Position numbers and translations under genes: made by a program. Under the pieces are notes generated by a model. That model was not told the DNA's origin. It did no database searches and worked only from the letters and a program-made list of their open reading frames with translations. A stretch of DNA of 64,000 bases. Source: Candidatus Rariloculaceae bacterium. Its GTDB lineage: Bacteria > Pseudomonadota > Gammaproteobacteria > Steroidobacterales > Rariloculaceae. The first letter of the stretch is position 1. The number at the start of each line of letters is the position of its first letter. Location: contig OZ250159.1 of the NCBI GenBank assembly GCA_965237785.1, positions 455,989 through 519,988 on the forward strand, read 5' to 3'. Shown here piece by piece: positions 1 through 10,222 of the stretch.

Positions 1-588
1 CTGGAGCGTACCGGAATCAGTGCGGCAATCGTGAACGTCGGCGACCGCATCAGGCTCGCGGGTCACCCCTCGAGCAGTCGTGACGACGGCGTTCAGCCCG
101 TGCTTCTCACGTTGGCGACCGGTCCGTCGTTCGTGTTGAACGAGAATTCAGCCGCCGAATTCGGGTTGGTCGATGGGGCTCTGCGAGTGGAGATGACCGG
201 CGACGCCTCCGATGCGAGCGCTGCGGCGAATCTCGAGGTGGACGTGGCGCCCTCACGGCTCGGTTACTCCGTGGGCCGTTGGGAGGACGGCACGCTGATC
301 GTTGAGACAGGCCGCATCGACTACCCCTACTTCAACGATCAGGGTATACCGCAGAGCGAGGCTGTCGAGATCGTGGAACGATTCATGTTGAGCGCGGACG
401 AAACGCGCCTCGACTGGACGGCGACCCTGGTCGATCCGGAAACGTTCACGGAGCTCATCACGATGCACGACATGCACTGGGAATGGATCCCCGCGAATGA
501 GATCAAACCTTATAACTGCGTGGTGGACGGCAATTTCTTCTCCGGGCTCGTGCAACGAACGGCGCTGATTCGTTATGAGCCGCTCTGA
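1..588 (+). CDS. hypothetical secreted-protein paralog, 5'-partial (frame open to window edge)
   Basis: ORF-track ORF 31..588 (GTG) has no in-frame stop upstream to nt 1. It contains the block LGYSVGRWEDGTLIVETGRIDYPYF...IVERF, which recurs twice in the 585-aa ORF 1502..3259. Confidence 0.55.
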   Translation: MERTGISAAIVNVGDRIRLAGHPSSSRDDGVQPVLLTLATGPSFVLNENSAAEFGLVDGALRVEMTGDASDASAAANLEVDVAPSRLGYSVGRWEDGTLIVETGRIDYPYFNDQGIPQSEAVEIVERFMLSADETRLDWTATLVDPETFTELITMHDMHWEWIPANEIKPYNCVVDGNFFSGLVQRTALIRYEPL

Positions 589-655
589 GAAGTCGCCGGT
601 TGAGCATACAATGCCACTCGGACATTCGGTCGGTCGCTGGGAAGGGAGGTACTCA

Positions 656-1369
656 ATGAGGCATATCGTTTCAGTATTATTATTTGTGCTCGCCTACGCG
701 TTGGCACTGACGGCGTCTTCCCAGGTCGAGGGCGAGCCGGTGCCCATGGAAGAGGCGCCGTTCCACGTCCCGGTCTTCTCCAATGATTACATCACTCTGA
801 TAAGCATCAATATTCCACCTGGACGCAACACGGGATTTCATACTCATTTCGCCGACTCGGTGTCCGTGAATCTGTCGCCGGCCTTGCGGACGAACCAAAT
901 TTACGGCTCTTCCGAGGTGAGCGAGCCGGCTGTGGGAGAGCCTGTTCCGGGCCGTACGTCGTTTACCAATGTGACCAGGAACGGGCCACATACGCACAAA
1001 GTAACCAACGTCGGTCCAATGCCGTTTCACAACGTCTCCTTCATCCTTAAAGATCGATCCGCGGCCGAAGTTCCAGTTTCCGACCGCTCTGGAATCTTCG
1101 GCTACACTCAGATCCTGGATAACGAGCGCATACGAGCCTGGCGGGTAATTCTGGAGCCAGAAGAGGCGACTGGACAAATCATGCAAACGGCGCCGGGACT
1201 CAGAGTTTACGTCCGCGGCGGGGTACTGGACGAAATCGTGCCTGGCTCGGCCGATCGTGGTATGGCTCCGTACGACGGAGATTTCATCTGGCAGGACGCT
1301 GGGCAGACGAGGGCGGTAAAGAACACCGGTGCAACCGTGATCGAGTTCGTGGAGTTCGAGCTCAGGTAG
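656..1369 (+). CDS. secreted cupin-like protein
   Basis: ATG 656 is preceded by GGGAGG. Signal-like N-terminus MRHIVSVLLFVLAYALALTASSQVEG. Cupin-like His/Gly blocks (GFHTHFADSV, GPHTHKVTNVG, GQTRAVKNTGATVIEFVEFE). ORF-track start 575 is an upstream alternative. Confidence 0.5.
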   Translation: MRHIVSVLLFVLAYALALTASSQVEGEPVPMEEAPFHVPVFSNDYITLISINIPPGRNTGFHTHFADSVSVNLSPALRTNQIYGSSEVSEPAVGEPVPGRTSFTNVTRNGPHTHKVTNVGPMPFHNVSFILKDRSAAEVPVSDRSGIFGYTQILDNERIRAWRVILEPEEATGQIMQTAPGLRVYVRGGVLDEIVPGSADRGMAPYDGDFIWQDAGQTRAVKNTGATVIEFVEFELR

Positions 1370-1501
1370 GAAGGAGCTGGAGTAGATGTTCCCGCTATCG
1401 TCGGCCGCAACGTTTCGGATCAGCGAAATAAACGAACTGCTAATTTCCAGCATCGCAAAGGAGAGCGTAGTCGAATGGGGCGCGACCCCGATGCCTTTAG
1501 C

Positions 1502-3259
1502 TCAGAGTTCCTCCAACATTCGCGTCAATCCATCGAGGTCGGGTGGCGTATCTTTCGGCCCCAGGTTGACACACACCCACGGGCGGATTTCCTCATCCGG
1601 CGCCCAGATGAACTCCCGGCCCACCTTGAAGGCCTCGGTGTAGTTCACGGGATCGTCGATCTCGACCTCAAGCTGCAGATCATTCGATCCGGGCTCGCGC
1701 CAATAACGTTCCGTGACCCGGGCATCCGGACTGAGTGGCCGCGCGTTGCCGCTCAAGACGCCACCTGACATGTGCGTCGTCTCGATGATCAGGACGTCTC
1801 CCTCCCAACGTCCCACCGAATAACCGAGATGAGTGTTCGGCTGGTTCGCTGCCGGGGGAGTCCCATTCATGACGATGGAACGGACGGCGCCGCCCCGCTC
1901 ATAATGAAACACGAGCTTTCCGTCCTCCTCACGGACCTCCATGGGATCGGGGGTCCAGAGGACTCTGCTCATGGTCTGCGGCGCGCAGTCGTCGAGAACT
2001 CTGGGGTTGAGCTCCGGGACATACGCATCGAAAGCACGCTGCCCCTCCGCGGTGTAAGGAATCGCGTCGGGTTCGGTATCGGGCGTGGCCGGGACTCCTC
2101 CCTCGCGGATCGGCTGGGCATAAAGGCCGAAGAAATCCGCTCCGGAACCGTCTTCGTACTCTATCAGCGTTCGCTCGTAGTCCGTGAAAGATTGATTGTC
2201 GAGGCAGACGCTCTCCTCAAGCCTCCAATCGACGCTGCCGAAAATTCGCCTTGCCGACCAGGGTTGGGTATAGGCGATGGGGTCGTCAACCGTAATATCG
2301 ATTGTCAGCTCGTCGTCGCCACTTCGCCGAATTCGTTCCACTACGCGCAGTTGGTCGCTATGAGGTAGACCGCGGCGGTCAACCCAGGTCCTGTCATTAA
2401 AATTCACACTCTGCACGACCAGGGTGTCGCCTTCCCAATGCCCGATGGATTCTCCCATCCACGACGGCGGGCGACCTTCACGATGATCGCGGCCGTCCGT
2501 GTAGATGTGTCGGACGAGATTCATCCATTCGTACGCGATCAGGACACGGCCGGGTGTCTGCACAATCTCGAACGGGGCTGGATGGGCGTAGATGCGGGGC
2601 GTGCCGGACGGCAAGCACTGGTAAGCGGGATCGTTCGTATCGGAAACAGCCACTCCACGCGGGCCAAACGTCGGTTTCGATGCCTCGAACCGTTCCCTGC
2701 CCCAAGGCGTCATCGGCGGCAGCTCGGCCGTAAACGCGTAGTTCTCCCAACTATGGCTGTAGCGGTAATTCCACATACCGCTCAAATTGACGCTGTCGGT
2801 GGCCGGCGGCGCCGCGCTGGCGTCCCCGGTTTCCACACGCGAAGCAGTATCGCTTGCGGCTCCACCGACGACGAAGGCGCCGTCAGCGTCGACGATGCTG
2901 AGAATTCGCATGGACGGGGCACCGTTTCTGGCAGGACTGCCGGTAAGCTCGATGACATCGCCTGGCTGGAGCGTATCGCTTGTCCAGCCAGCGTGCGTGG
3001 TACCGCCGGGGCCGATACCGCGAGCCAGGCGGTTGGGCGTGGTGAGTTCGCCGGACCACTCGACGATGTCGCCGTTGTCGGATTGCGTTGCGATGTAGAC
3101 CAACGCATGGGGAAACACGAACCGAAACTGAGTCACCGGTCCCTTGAGTGTGATCGTTTCAGCATTGTCATATAGCGCCGCGCCGTGGTGTGCGGACAGG
3201 TCGATACTCACGAGGAATGAAACTGAGACCAGGAAACTTGCTACGCGCCGGGTATTCAT
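1502..3259 (-). CDS. hypothetical secreted protein with an internally duplicated domain
   Basis: 585-aa ORF with signal-like N-terminus MNTRRVASFLVSVSFLVSIDLSAHH. Two copies of a G(H/R)WEGD(T/V)L(V/I)...ET motif domain (GHWEGDTLVVQSVNFNDRTW... and GYSVGRWEGDVLIIETTHMSGG...), paralogous to ORF 1..588. Confidence 0.65.
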   Translation of the reverse strand: MNTRRVASFLVSVSFLVSIDLSAHHGAALYDNAETITLKGPVTQFRFVFPHALVYIATQSDNGDIVEWSGELTTPNRLARGIGPGGTTHAGWTSDTLQPGDVIELTGSPARNGAPSMRILSIVDADGAFVVGGAASDTASRVETGDASAAPPATDSVNLSGMWNYRYSHSWENYAFTAELPPMTPWGRERFEASKPTFGPRGVAVSDTNDPAYQCLPSGTPRIYAHPAPFEIVQTPGRVLIAYEWMNLVRHIYTDGRDHREGRPPSWMGESIGHWEGDTLVVQSVNFNDRTWVDRRGLPHSDQLRVVERIRRSGDDELTIDITVDDPIAYTQPWSARRIFGSVDWRLEESVCLDNQSFTDYERTLIEYEDGSGADFFGLYAQPIREGGVPATPDTEPDAIPYTAEGQRAFDAYVPELNPRVLDDCAPQTMSRVLWTPDPMEVREEDGKLVFHYERGGAVRSIVMNGTPPAANQPNTHLGYSVGRWEGDVLIIETTHMSGGVLSGNARPLSPDARVTERYWREPGSNDLQLEVEIDDPVNYTEAFKVGREFIWAPDEEIRPWVCVNLGPKDTPPDLDGLTRMLEEL

Positions 3260-3514
3260 ATTCGGCTACCCTCTCTAGTTTGACTGAATTCTACTGGCTT
3301 TCGAGCCAGGGACTGGCAATTTGATGCAGACCTCGCCAGTTTGTCCAATGAGTTATGCAATTATTCGATTTGCGGGATGTGGGAAAGTCAGCGATGCGGG
3401 TTAAACGCGTAGGTAACCCTTCGGTGGAGCCGTGATGGGGCCGGCTGATTTTACCGATTGAGTGTACGTTTCCAATCTTTTCTGAGGGGCCTGAGCCAGA
3501 CGTCCTTCTTGGGT

Positions 3515-3695
3515 TTGTCGTACAGCTTGTCCCGGTCGTGGCGCCATCCGGACATCAAGGACCAGACGGTGGATGTGCGCGCCTATGCCGGTCGGATTGT
3601 CATCCGCCAGGATGGGGAGACTGTCGCGGAGCATCCGCGCAGCTTCGAGCATGGCAAGACCATCTACAATCTCACCCATCACGGCTCAGAAACCA
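3515..3695 (+). pseudogene. IS21-family transposase (IstA) C-terminal remnant
   Basis: The translation DQTVDVRAYAGRIVIRQDGETVAEHPRSFEHGKTIYNLTHH resembles the conserved IstA C-terminal block (V.VR...V.I......VA.H.R). There is no intact upstream ORF, and it abuts the 3' end of brnA. Confidence 0.45.
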
Positions 3696-3716
3696 TTTCT
3701 GCCACGGACTGCTGGT

Positions 3717-3959
3717 CTAGACGGCCTTGCGGAGTTCCTCGCGGACGACACGGCGAAGCGTCGCTTCCAGCTCGTCGCTGGCCAGGTGCTCCCGGAGCGC
3801 CTGGTTGATGGCGGTCTGGTAGCCGCGGCCCGTGTCGCTGGCGCGCGCGCGGAACGCCGCGACGATGTCCCGGTCCAGCAGGATGGTGATGCGGGTCTTG
3901 CCCGACGCCTTCAGCGCCGGGCCTCGCTCGGCGTCCGTGAGGTCATATTCCTTGCGCAT
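3717..3959 (-). CDS. brnA: BrnA-type antitoxin (ribbon-helix-helix)
   Basis: 80 aa. KTRITILLDRDIVAAFRARASDTGRGYQTAINQALREHL is the typical BrnA C-terminal RHH block. The start overlaps the upstream brnT 3' end by 17 nt. Confidence 0.85.
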   Translation of the reverse strand: MRKEYDLTDAERGPALKASGKTRITILLDRDIVAAFRARASDTGRGYQTAINQALREHLASDELEATLRRVVREELRKAV

Positions 3960-4215
3960 AGGCTTTCTTCTCCTTTCGTGTGGCGGGGCGCGCCGAGATC
4001 AATCTGACATCGTCGTTCCGGTAGGCGTAGACCACCGCCACGATTCTGCCGAGCGCGTCCGCGCCGACGGTGACGAAACGCTCCTCGCCGCGTGCGTCGG
4101 GGTCCCCGCGGGTGAGCCTCAGGGGATCGCTTAGGGCAAGCTCGGCATCCTCGAAGGCAACGCCGTGTTTGGCGAGGTTCGCGCGTGCCTTGAGCGGATC
4201 CCAGTTCGCTTCCAC
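3943..4215 (-). CDS. brnT: BrnT-type toxin (DUF497 ribonuclease)
   Basis: 90 aa with a GTG start. WDPLKARANLAKHGVAFEDA...ERFVTVG...IVAVVYAYRNDDVRLISARPATRKEKKAY matches the BrnT/DUF497 pattern. Toxin-first order with overlap is typical of brnTA. Confidence 0.85.
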   Translation of the reverse strand: MEANWDPLKARANLAKHGVAFEDAELALSDPLRLTRGDPDARGEERFVTVGADALGRIVAVVYAYRNDDVRLISARPATRKEKKAYAQGI

Positions 4216-4220
4216 GGCAG

Positions 4221-4251
4221 ATTATATGTATGAACGTATGCATCCTGTCAA
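4221..4251 (-). promoter_or_regulatory. candidate sigma70-type promoter of brnTA
   Basis: Minus strand reads TTGACA (4251-4246), 19 nt, TATAAT (4226-4221). The -10 lies only 5 nt from the GTG start, so the spacing is long and the mRNA would be leaderless. Uncertain. Confidence 0.3.
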
Positions 4252-4823
4252 CAATGTAGTCGACAAGTGGCACGCAGGCCTGGTCGCGTCAGGCGACCGG
4301 CGTCGGCGGAACCGGTGTCTGGGGACGACGCTTGAGGCGCCACAGCACGATCGACCAGCGCGTGGCCCGAGATGCTCAACGCGCCTGCCAAGATCAACAA
4401 GAATTGCCGGATGGGGGTAGCCATTGGTTTCGGATATGATGCCTTAGAGTAATGCAGCCGATTTACCTAAATATGTCGTCCACAAACACCCGCACGACTC
4501 TTTATTGCCTGGCGCTCCTCGTCCTTACTGCCGCTCGCACGGTCCAAGCGCAAGATGCCCGCGTCTTCGAGTGTGGATCCGTCTTTGGCCCCGATACCAC
4601 CCCGGCAAGCCTTGCAGCCGTGTTCGGTGTGCTTGCGATACTTACTCAAGATCAAAGACGGTCCGCGGTCTATCTGAGAGTTCTGAGATAACTTTAAATA
4701 AAACAATCATATAAAAATCAATTCGCATTGTAGGACATGGGGAAATTCAATATGCGGGTTAGACTCCGGTCGGCGGAAGCCGCCCAGGTGATGGCGAGCG
4801 CGCCCAAAAGCGGGGATCAGAAG

Positions 4824-6524
4824 ATGAGACGATTGATCGAATGGTGTGCCGTCGGAACAATTCTTGCGGTTGGCCTCACCGGCTGCGGCGCCGACGACAC
4901 CGGAACGCAGCTTCGGGAACCGGCCGCCGAACAGGACAATCGCCCCAATATCCTTTTGATCGTCGCTGACGACATGGGCTTTACGGACCTGGGTTCGTTC
5001 GGCGGTGAAATTCCCACGCCCCATCTCGATGAACTGGCGTACGCCGGGATTCGTCTGGCGAATTTTCATGCGGCACCGGTTTGTGCGCCGGCGCGGGCGA
5101 TGCTCCTGTCGGGAATGGACAATCACGAAGCCGGCATCGGGTCGATGACCTTGAAGCGCGCTTACGATGCCGGGCAGGCGCCGCGCAGGGACCAGCCCGG
5201 GCACGCCCGTCCCGGCTACGAAGGCTACCTCAGCTACCGTGTAGCGGCATTACCGGAGGTGCTTCGGGATGCGGGGTACCGCACCTATATGGCGGGCAAG
5301 TGGGACCTCGGCCGGGCATTGGTTGAAGAGCACAATCCCGCGGGTCGTGGATTTGAAGCGTCTTTTGCCTTGACGACGGGCAGCGCACTGCATCTGAGCA
5401 CGGCTGACGGTGGCGCGCACGGCGGCATTTTGCGCGCGGACCCGCTGGTCTACCGGGAAAATTGGGACAGTGTGGACTCGCTGCCGGAGGACTATTTCTC
5501 GACCGCGATGTTCACCGACAAGATCATCGAGTACATCGATGCCGACCAGGGCGACGGCCAGCCGTTCTTCGCGTACCTTGCGTTTACCGCGCCGCATTTC
5601 CCGCTGCAGGTGCCTGAAGACTGGCGGGACCGGTTCGCCGGCGACTACGACCAGGGCTACGACGCGATTCGCGACCGGCGGGTCGAAGCAGCGCTGGACC
5701 TGGGCGTTCTGCCTCCCGGTGCCGATATGGATGGCTACCGGCGCCGCTCCGTCCCATGGGCGTCCCTGGATTCCGCCGGCCGCGCCGATCGGGCGCGACG
5801 CATGGAGATCTATGCGGCCATGGTGGCGAACATGGATTTCCACGTCGGCCGCCTGATAGAGTACCTGCGCGCGATCGGTGAATTCGAAAATACCTTCATT
5901 CTGTTCATGTCCGACAACGGCGCTGCCTCCAGCACTCCCGCGGGAATGGACGAGGGCTATGACAACAGCGTGGCCAATATGGGGGACGTCGATTCTTTCA
6001 TCGATTACGGGATGGGCTGGGCCGAAGCAGCCATGGCGCCGTTTCGGGATACCAAGAGTTCCATGGCCGAAGGCGGCGTGCTCGCCGCGGCCTTCGCCAC
6101 CCACGGACCGGTTGCAAGCCCCGGCGGCGTGTCGCGGCAATACCTCACGATGCAAGACGTGATGCCGACGCTCTTGACGATCGCGGAAACGGAGTATCCA
6201 ATGGGCGAATACAATCATCGACCGATTCTGTCCATGCGAGGCAAATCCTTTCTGGGTCACCTGCAAGGCGATGCGACCCCTGTACACGACGCGGATGAGC
6301 CCATCGGATGGGAGTTGAGCGGCCAGCGCGCGTTGGTGCGCGGCGACTGGAAGTTGTTGTGGACGCCGCGTTCGGGGGAGGCACCGGGTTGGGAACTCTT
6401 CGACCTGTCCGTCGACCCGTTCGAGCGGAACGATGTATCCGCGCAATTCCCCGATCTGACCGCTGAACTGGTTAACGCCTGGAACGAATACGCTGACGAA
6501 GTCGGCGTCGTGACTGGCGACTGA
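4824..6524 (+). CDS. arylsulfatase (formylglycine-dependent sulfatase family), probable lipoprotein
   Basis: LLIVADDMGFTDLGSFGGEI...AAPVCAPARAMLLSG carries the C-x-P-x-R sulfatase signature. ATG 4824 gives MRRLIEWCAVGTILAVGLTGC, a lipobox. ORF-track start 4737 is an alternative. Confidence 0.9.
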   Translation: MRRLIEWCAVGTILAVGLTGCGADDTGTQLREPAAEQDNRPNILLIVADDMGFTDLGSFGGEIPTPHLDELAYAGIRLANFHAAPVCAPARAMLLSGMDNHEAGIGSMTLKRAYDAGQAPRRDQPGHARPGYEGYLSYRVAALPEVLRDAGYRTYMAGKWDLGRALVEEHNPAGRGFEASFALTTGSALHLSTADGGAHGGILRADPLVYRENWDSVDSLPEDYFSTAMFTDKIIEYIDADQGDGQPFFAYLAFTAPHFPLQVPEDWRDRFAGDYDQGYDAIRDRRVEAALDLGVLPPGADMDGYRRRSVPWASLDSAGRADRARRMEIYAAMVANMDFHVGRLIEYLRAIGEFENTFILFMSDNGAASSTPAGMDEGYDNSVANMGDVDSFIDYGMGWAEAAMAPFRDTKSSMAEGGVLAAAFATHGPVASPGGVSRQYLTMQDVMPTLLTIAETEYPMGEYNHRPILSMRGKSFLGHLQGDATPVHDADEPIGWELSGQRALVRGDWKLLWTPRSGEAPGWELFDLSVDPFERNDVSAQFPDLTAELVNAWNEYADEVGVVTGD

Positions 6525-6544
6525 GCGCTCGCCCGGGAAGAACC

Positions 6545-7324
6545 ATGTTTCCAATCCGCGACGACAATCCGCAAATACTCACGCCCTACACGACCTACGC
6601 GATAATCGGCTTGAACGCCCTGGCGTGGGTATTCCTGCAGGGATTGGGTTCCGACCCGGCGTTGGCGGGTTCCGTTTGCCGGCTTGGACTGATTCCCGGG
6701 GAACTCTTGCAGACGGTGCCCGCGGGGACTCGCTTCCAGGTCGGTCCAAACAGCCTCTGCGTGCTCGGCGATGCCTCGGCCTGGCATACCACGATCACGT
6801 CGATGTTCCTGCACGGCGGCTGGTTACACCTGGTCGGCAATATGTGGTTCATGTGGATTTTCGGTAACAATGTCGAAGATTCCATGGGACATGTGCGGTT
6901 CGCGCTCTTTTACGTGCTTTGCGGTCTGGCGGCCGCCGCCGCGCAGATCGTGTCGAATCCTGATTCCGCCGTGCCGATGGTCGGTGCATCGGGCGCCATT
7001 GGCGGCGTTATGGGCGCCTATATCCTGCTGTACCCACGCGTGCACGTTCATATGCTGGTGTTCTTTGGATTCTTCATTACGACGATTGCCGTGCCGGCCG
7101 TGTTGATGCTGGGTTACTGGCTGTTTGTGCAGGTCTTGAGCGGGTTCGCGTCGCTGGGCGCACAGGGCGGCGGGGTCGCATTCTGGGCGCATGTGGGCGG
7201 CTTCGCTGCCGGAGCCGTGCTCATATTTCTGTTTCGCGATCCGGAGTTGCTGCGCAGGCACCCCTACCACGGCTGGCATCAGCGTTCATCGCCGACCCGA
7301 AACTGGCGCCGGATAGGGCGCTAG
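6545..7324 (+). CDS. rhomboid-family intramembrane serine protease
   Basis: Motifs HGGWLHLVGNMWFMWIFG, GASGAIGGVMGAY (catalytic Ser) and AHVGGF (catalytic His), in a multi-TM hydrophobic profile. Confidence 0.9.
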   Translation: MFPIRDDNPQILTPYTTYAIIGLNALAWVFLQGLGSDPALAGSVCRLGLIPGELLQTVPAGTRFQVGPNSLCVLGDASAWHTTITSMFLHGGWLHLVGNMWFMWIFGNNVEDSMGHVRFALFYVLCGLAAAAAQIVSNPDSAVPMVGASGAIGGVMGAYILLYPRVHVHMLVFFGFFITTIAVPAVLMLGYWLFVQVLSGFASLGAQGGGVAFWAHVGGFAAGAVLIFLFRDPELLRRHPYHGWHQRSSPTRNWRRIGR

Positions 7325-7349
7325 CGTCAGGTTAACAGTGGACCCATTC

Positions 7350-7368
7350 AGCGCGCTGGCGCTTGTTT
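7350..7368 (+). terminator. weak candidate intrinsic terminator after the rhomboid gene
   Basis: AGCGC-GCTG-GCGCT hairpin (5-bp stem) followed by TGTTT. The stem is short, so confidence is low. Confidence 0.25.
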
Positions 7369-7398
7369 AACAGCAGACTCATTGAGGACCAGGAGACT

Positions 7399-8277
7399 AT
7401 GGCAAGCATCAAGGACATTTCGATCATCGATTCGAACACCGCGGCGGCGAGCGCCGTTCCCTCCGGTCTGGAGCGCACGCTGTGCAGCTCCGGGCTTTGC
7501 GGTTCCGAGACGCTGACGGTATACAGGCGGACGGTCCTCGCGGGGCGGAATTTCGATCTTAAGGCCAGCGATGATTACCACGTCGCCTACATCATCGAAC
7601 AACCGACGAGTGGCGTCGTTCACTACACGGGCGAAACGCATGACGCGGGCGAAACGCATGACGCCGGAGAAGGCGCCGGCGTCCTGCTCGCACCCGGCGA
7701 GACGGCTCGGTTCGAAGCCACCGGATCGAATATGGATCTGCTTCATATGGTGGTACCCAAGCCTCCGGCGGCAGTCGAGGGCGGGCTGCCGGGCGGGCCC
7801 GGGTACTATTTCGACAGAGGGACTCTGCGCGTGCTCACCGACGCGAGCGGCGGGCGCGTGCGCCGATTCTGCGCCGAATCCAGCGTAAGGCTGCTGGACG
7901 GAACCCGGCTCACGCCCACCAACGCCATTCAGGCGGGAGAAATGCACTATATCGAAGGCGGTTCATCGCCGTACCACTCGCACGTTGGCACAAGCGCCAA
8001 CCCCGACGGGCCCGACCACTGCTACATGACTTTCAAGGGGCGTGGACTGGTCGAGGTGGAAGGTATCTCCCAGGAGATCGAGCCGGGCACGCTTGTGTAT
8101 TTCCCCTCGGGCGTGCCACACCGGCTTAGCTCCCTGGGTGGCTCATTGGACTACTTCGAGATCCAGGCCTGGAGGAGCTTCAAGACCCATGTTCTGAGCG
8201 AGGAACCCCTCGGTCTGAGGTGGTACTACGAGCGCGAGAACCCGGATGCCGATCGGGTGGAGTGGAACCAGAGTTAG
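7399..8277 (+). CDS. cupin domain protein
   Basis: ATG 7399 after GGAG. C-terminal cupin core YHSHVGTSANPDGPDHCYMTFKGRGLVEVEG...GTLVYFPSGVPHRL. ORF-track start 7363 is upstream. Confidence 0.75.
   Translation: MASIKDISIIDSNTAAASAVPSGLERTLCSSGLCGSETLTVYRRTVLAGRNFDLKASDDYHVAYIIEQPTSGVVHYTGETHDAGETHDAGEGAGVLLAPGETARFEATGSNMDLLHMVVPKPPAAVEGGLPGGPGYYFDRGTLRVLTDASGGRVRRFCAESSVRLLDGTRLTPTNAIQAGEMHYIEGGSSPYHSHVGTSANPDGPDHCYMTFKGRGLVEVEGISQEIEPGTLVYFPSGVPHRLSSLGGSLDYFEIQAWRSFKTHVLSEEPLGLRWYYERENPDADRVEWNQS
7630..7671 (+). repeat. in-frame 18-nt tandem duplication (GETHDA x2 plus partial)
   Basis: ggcgaaacgcatgacgcg / ggcgaaacgcatgacgcc / ggagaa, read directly from the sequence. Confidence 0.9.
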
Positions 8278-8382
8278 AAACCAGAGCAAGCCCGTGGCAA
8301 AAGTCCCACCGCCTCGCCCACCAATGTTCACGGCGAGTTAGACTCCGCGTTTCATTTCGCGGCGAGTTCGAGGGGAACAGAT

Positions 8383-10050
8383 ATGTCGCAATCCGTTCAG
8401 GCGTTGCTGGCCGTGCTGCCGATTCTGGTTGCGGCGATTCTTCTGGTTGGTTTTCGTATGCCCGCGCGCGTCGCGATGCCGGCCGTGTACGTGCTTGCGG
8501 TGGTGATCGGGCTGTTTGCCTGGACGATGCCGGTCGCCCAAATCGCCGCGGCGTCGATTCAGGGTCTTTTCATCACCTTCGAGATCCTGTTCATCATTTT
8601 CGCGGCGATTCTCCTGCTCAATACCTTGAAACGCTCGGGTGCCATCGCCGCAATTCGGGCGGGCTTTGCCACCATCACCCCGGATCGGCGGGTGCAGGTC
8701 ATCATCATCAGTTGGCTCTTCGGAAGCTTCATCGAGGGCGCATCGGGTTTCGGGACGCCGGCGGCGATTACGGCTCCGTTGCTGGTTGCGCTGGGATTCC
8801 CGGCAATGACCGCGGTCATGCTGGGGATGATGGTTCAGAGTACGCCCGTGACGTTCGGCGCGGTGGGGACGCCGATTCTGGTGGGCGTGAGCGGTGGGCT
8901 GGATAGCCCGGAAGTGTCCCGGCAACTGGCGGCGGCAGGGATCGAGTTCGGAGACTATCTCCAGATCATCACCGAGCATGTGGTTTGGCTGCACGCGATC
9001 GTGGGGACGGTGATGCCGTTGTTCATGGTCGTGATGATGACGCGGTTTTTCGGCCGGAACCGCTCGTGGACGGAGGGCTTGTCGATCTGGCCGTTCGCGC
9101 TGCTCGGCGGAGTTGCCTTCACGTTGCCGTATTTGCTCAGCGGCATTTTTCTGGGACCCGCGTTTCCATCGCTGCTTGGCGGATTGGTCGGTCTGGCGAT
9201 TGTCACGACGGCGGCCAGGAAGCGGTTTCTGGTTCCCGATGACGAGTGGGATTTCGCGCCGCGCGCCGACTGGCCCCTCGATTGGGTCGGGCGCTTGGAA
9301 ATGCGCCTTGAAACGCCCAAAAAACAGATGTCGGGCGTGCGAGCATGGTCGCCCTACCTGTTGGTTGCCGGATTGCTCGTCATTTCGAGGCTCCCGCAAC
9401 TTCCTGTCGGCGAACTGTTGCGGACGCTGGTTTTTCGCTGGGAGTCGATCCTGGGTACGTCAGTGACGGCCACTACGACGCCCCTGTATCTGCCCGCCAC
9501 GATGGTGCTCGTGGCCGCGCTCGCGACAGTCGCGCTGCACCGCATGCGCGGGCGTCAGTTTGTCGCCGCGTTTACGGAATCGTCGAGAACGCTGTTGGGC
9601 GCCGGTTTCGTGCTCGTGTTCACGGTGCCCATGGTGCGCATCTATATCAACTCCGATGTGAACGCGCTGGGGCTCGAGAGCATGCCCATCGTGATGGCCG
9701 ACTGGGTTGCCGTCAATGTCGGCGCCGTGTGGCCATTCTTTGCGCCGTTCATCGGCGCGCTGGGGGCGTTCATCGCCGGCAGCAATACGGTCAGCAACCT
9801 CATGTTCGCCCTGTTGCAGCACGGTGTGGCCACCGCGCTGGGGATTTCCGCGGCGTTGGTGGTGGCGCTGCAAGCCGTGGGTGCGGCCGCGGGCAACATG
9901 ATTGCGATCCACAACGTCGTTGCGGCATCGGCCACGGTGGGGCTGCTTGGCCAGGAGGGCGCCACGCTGCGCCGCACGGTGATCCCGACGATCTACTATC
10001 TCGTCATGACCGGCGCGCTGGGCATGCTCGCGGTGAGTTTCCTCGGGTAG
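8383..10050 (+). CDS. lctP: L-lactate/glycolate permease family (LctP) transporter
   Basis: 555 aa, polytopic. [43 protein letters not shown] matches the conserved LctP-family block. Confidence 0.88.
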   Translation: MSQSVQALLAVLPILVAAILLVGFRMPARVAMPAVYVLAVVIGLFAWTMPVAQIAAASIQGLFITFEILFIIFAAILLLNTLKRSGAIAAIRAGFATITPDRRVQVIIISWLFGSFIEGASGFGTPAAITAPLLVALGFPAMTAVMLGMMVQSTPVTFGAVGTPILVGVSGGLDSPEVSRQLAAAGIEFGDYLQIITEHVVWLHAIVGTVMPLFMVVMMTRFFGRNRSWTEGLSIWPFALLGGVAFTLPYLLSGIFLGPAFPSLLGGLVGLAIVTTAARKRFLVPDDEWDFAPRADWPLDWVGRLEMRLETPKKQMSGVRAWSPYLLVAGLLVISRLPQLPVGELLRTLVFRWESILGTSVTATTTPLYLPATMVLVAALATVALHRMRGRQFVAAFTESSRTLLGAGFVLVFTVPMVRIYINSDVNALGLESMPIVMADWVAVNVGAVWPFFAPFIGALGAFIAGSNTVSNLMFALLQHGVATALGISAALVVALQAVGAAAGNMIAIHNVVAASATVGLLGQEGATLRRTVIPTIYYLVMTGALGMLAVSFLG

Positions 10051-10222
10051 AACCGAATTTGTGCTCGGCGAACCGGAGACTGGATTCGGGCATACTATGC
10101 GCCCATCTCCACTTAGGAAGGCACCAAGTAGAGTTGGTCCCTTTCCGTAATTGGTTTCGGTGCCGGCAACGCTTGACGCGACCGTGCCGGGCACGCTTTA
10201 TGAGGATGTAGCAGGAGCATAG

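Noticed and set aside
4452-4691. A 79-aa ORF with a signal-like segment (…LYCLALLVLTAARTVQAQ…) in the brnT-sulfatase gap
   Set aside because: There is no RBS, no recognisable motif, and overlapping ORFs of equal length lie on the other strand. The evidence for coding is insufficient.
10173-10201. A promoter with a palindromic operator (TTGACG … CGTGCC-G-GGCACG … CTTTAT) upstream of mod
   Set aside because: The -10 matches only 3 of 6 positions at either spacing, and no C-protein or regulator gene is present. It is noted as a candidate only.
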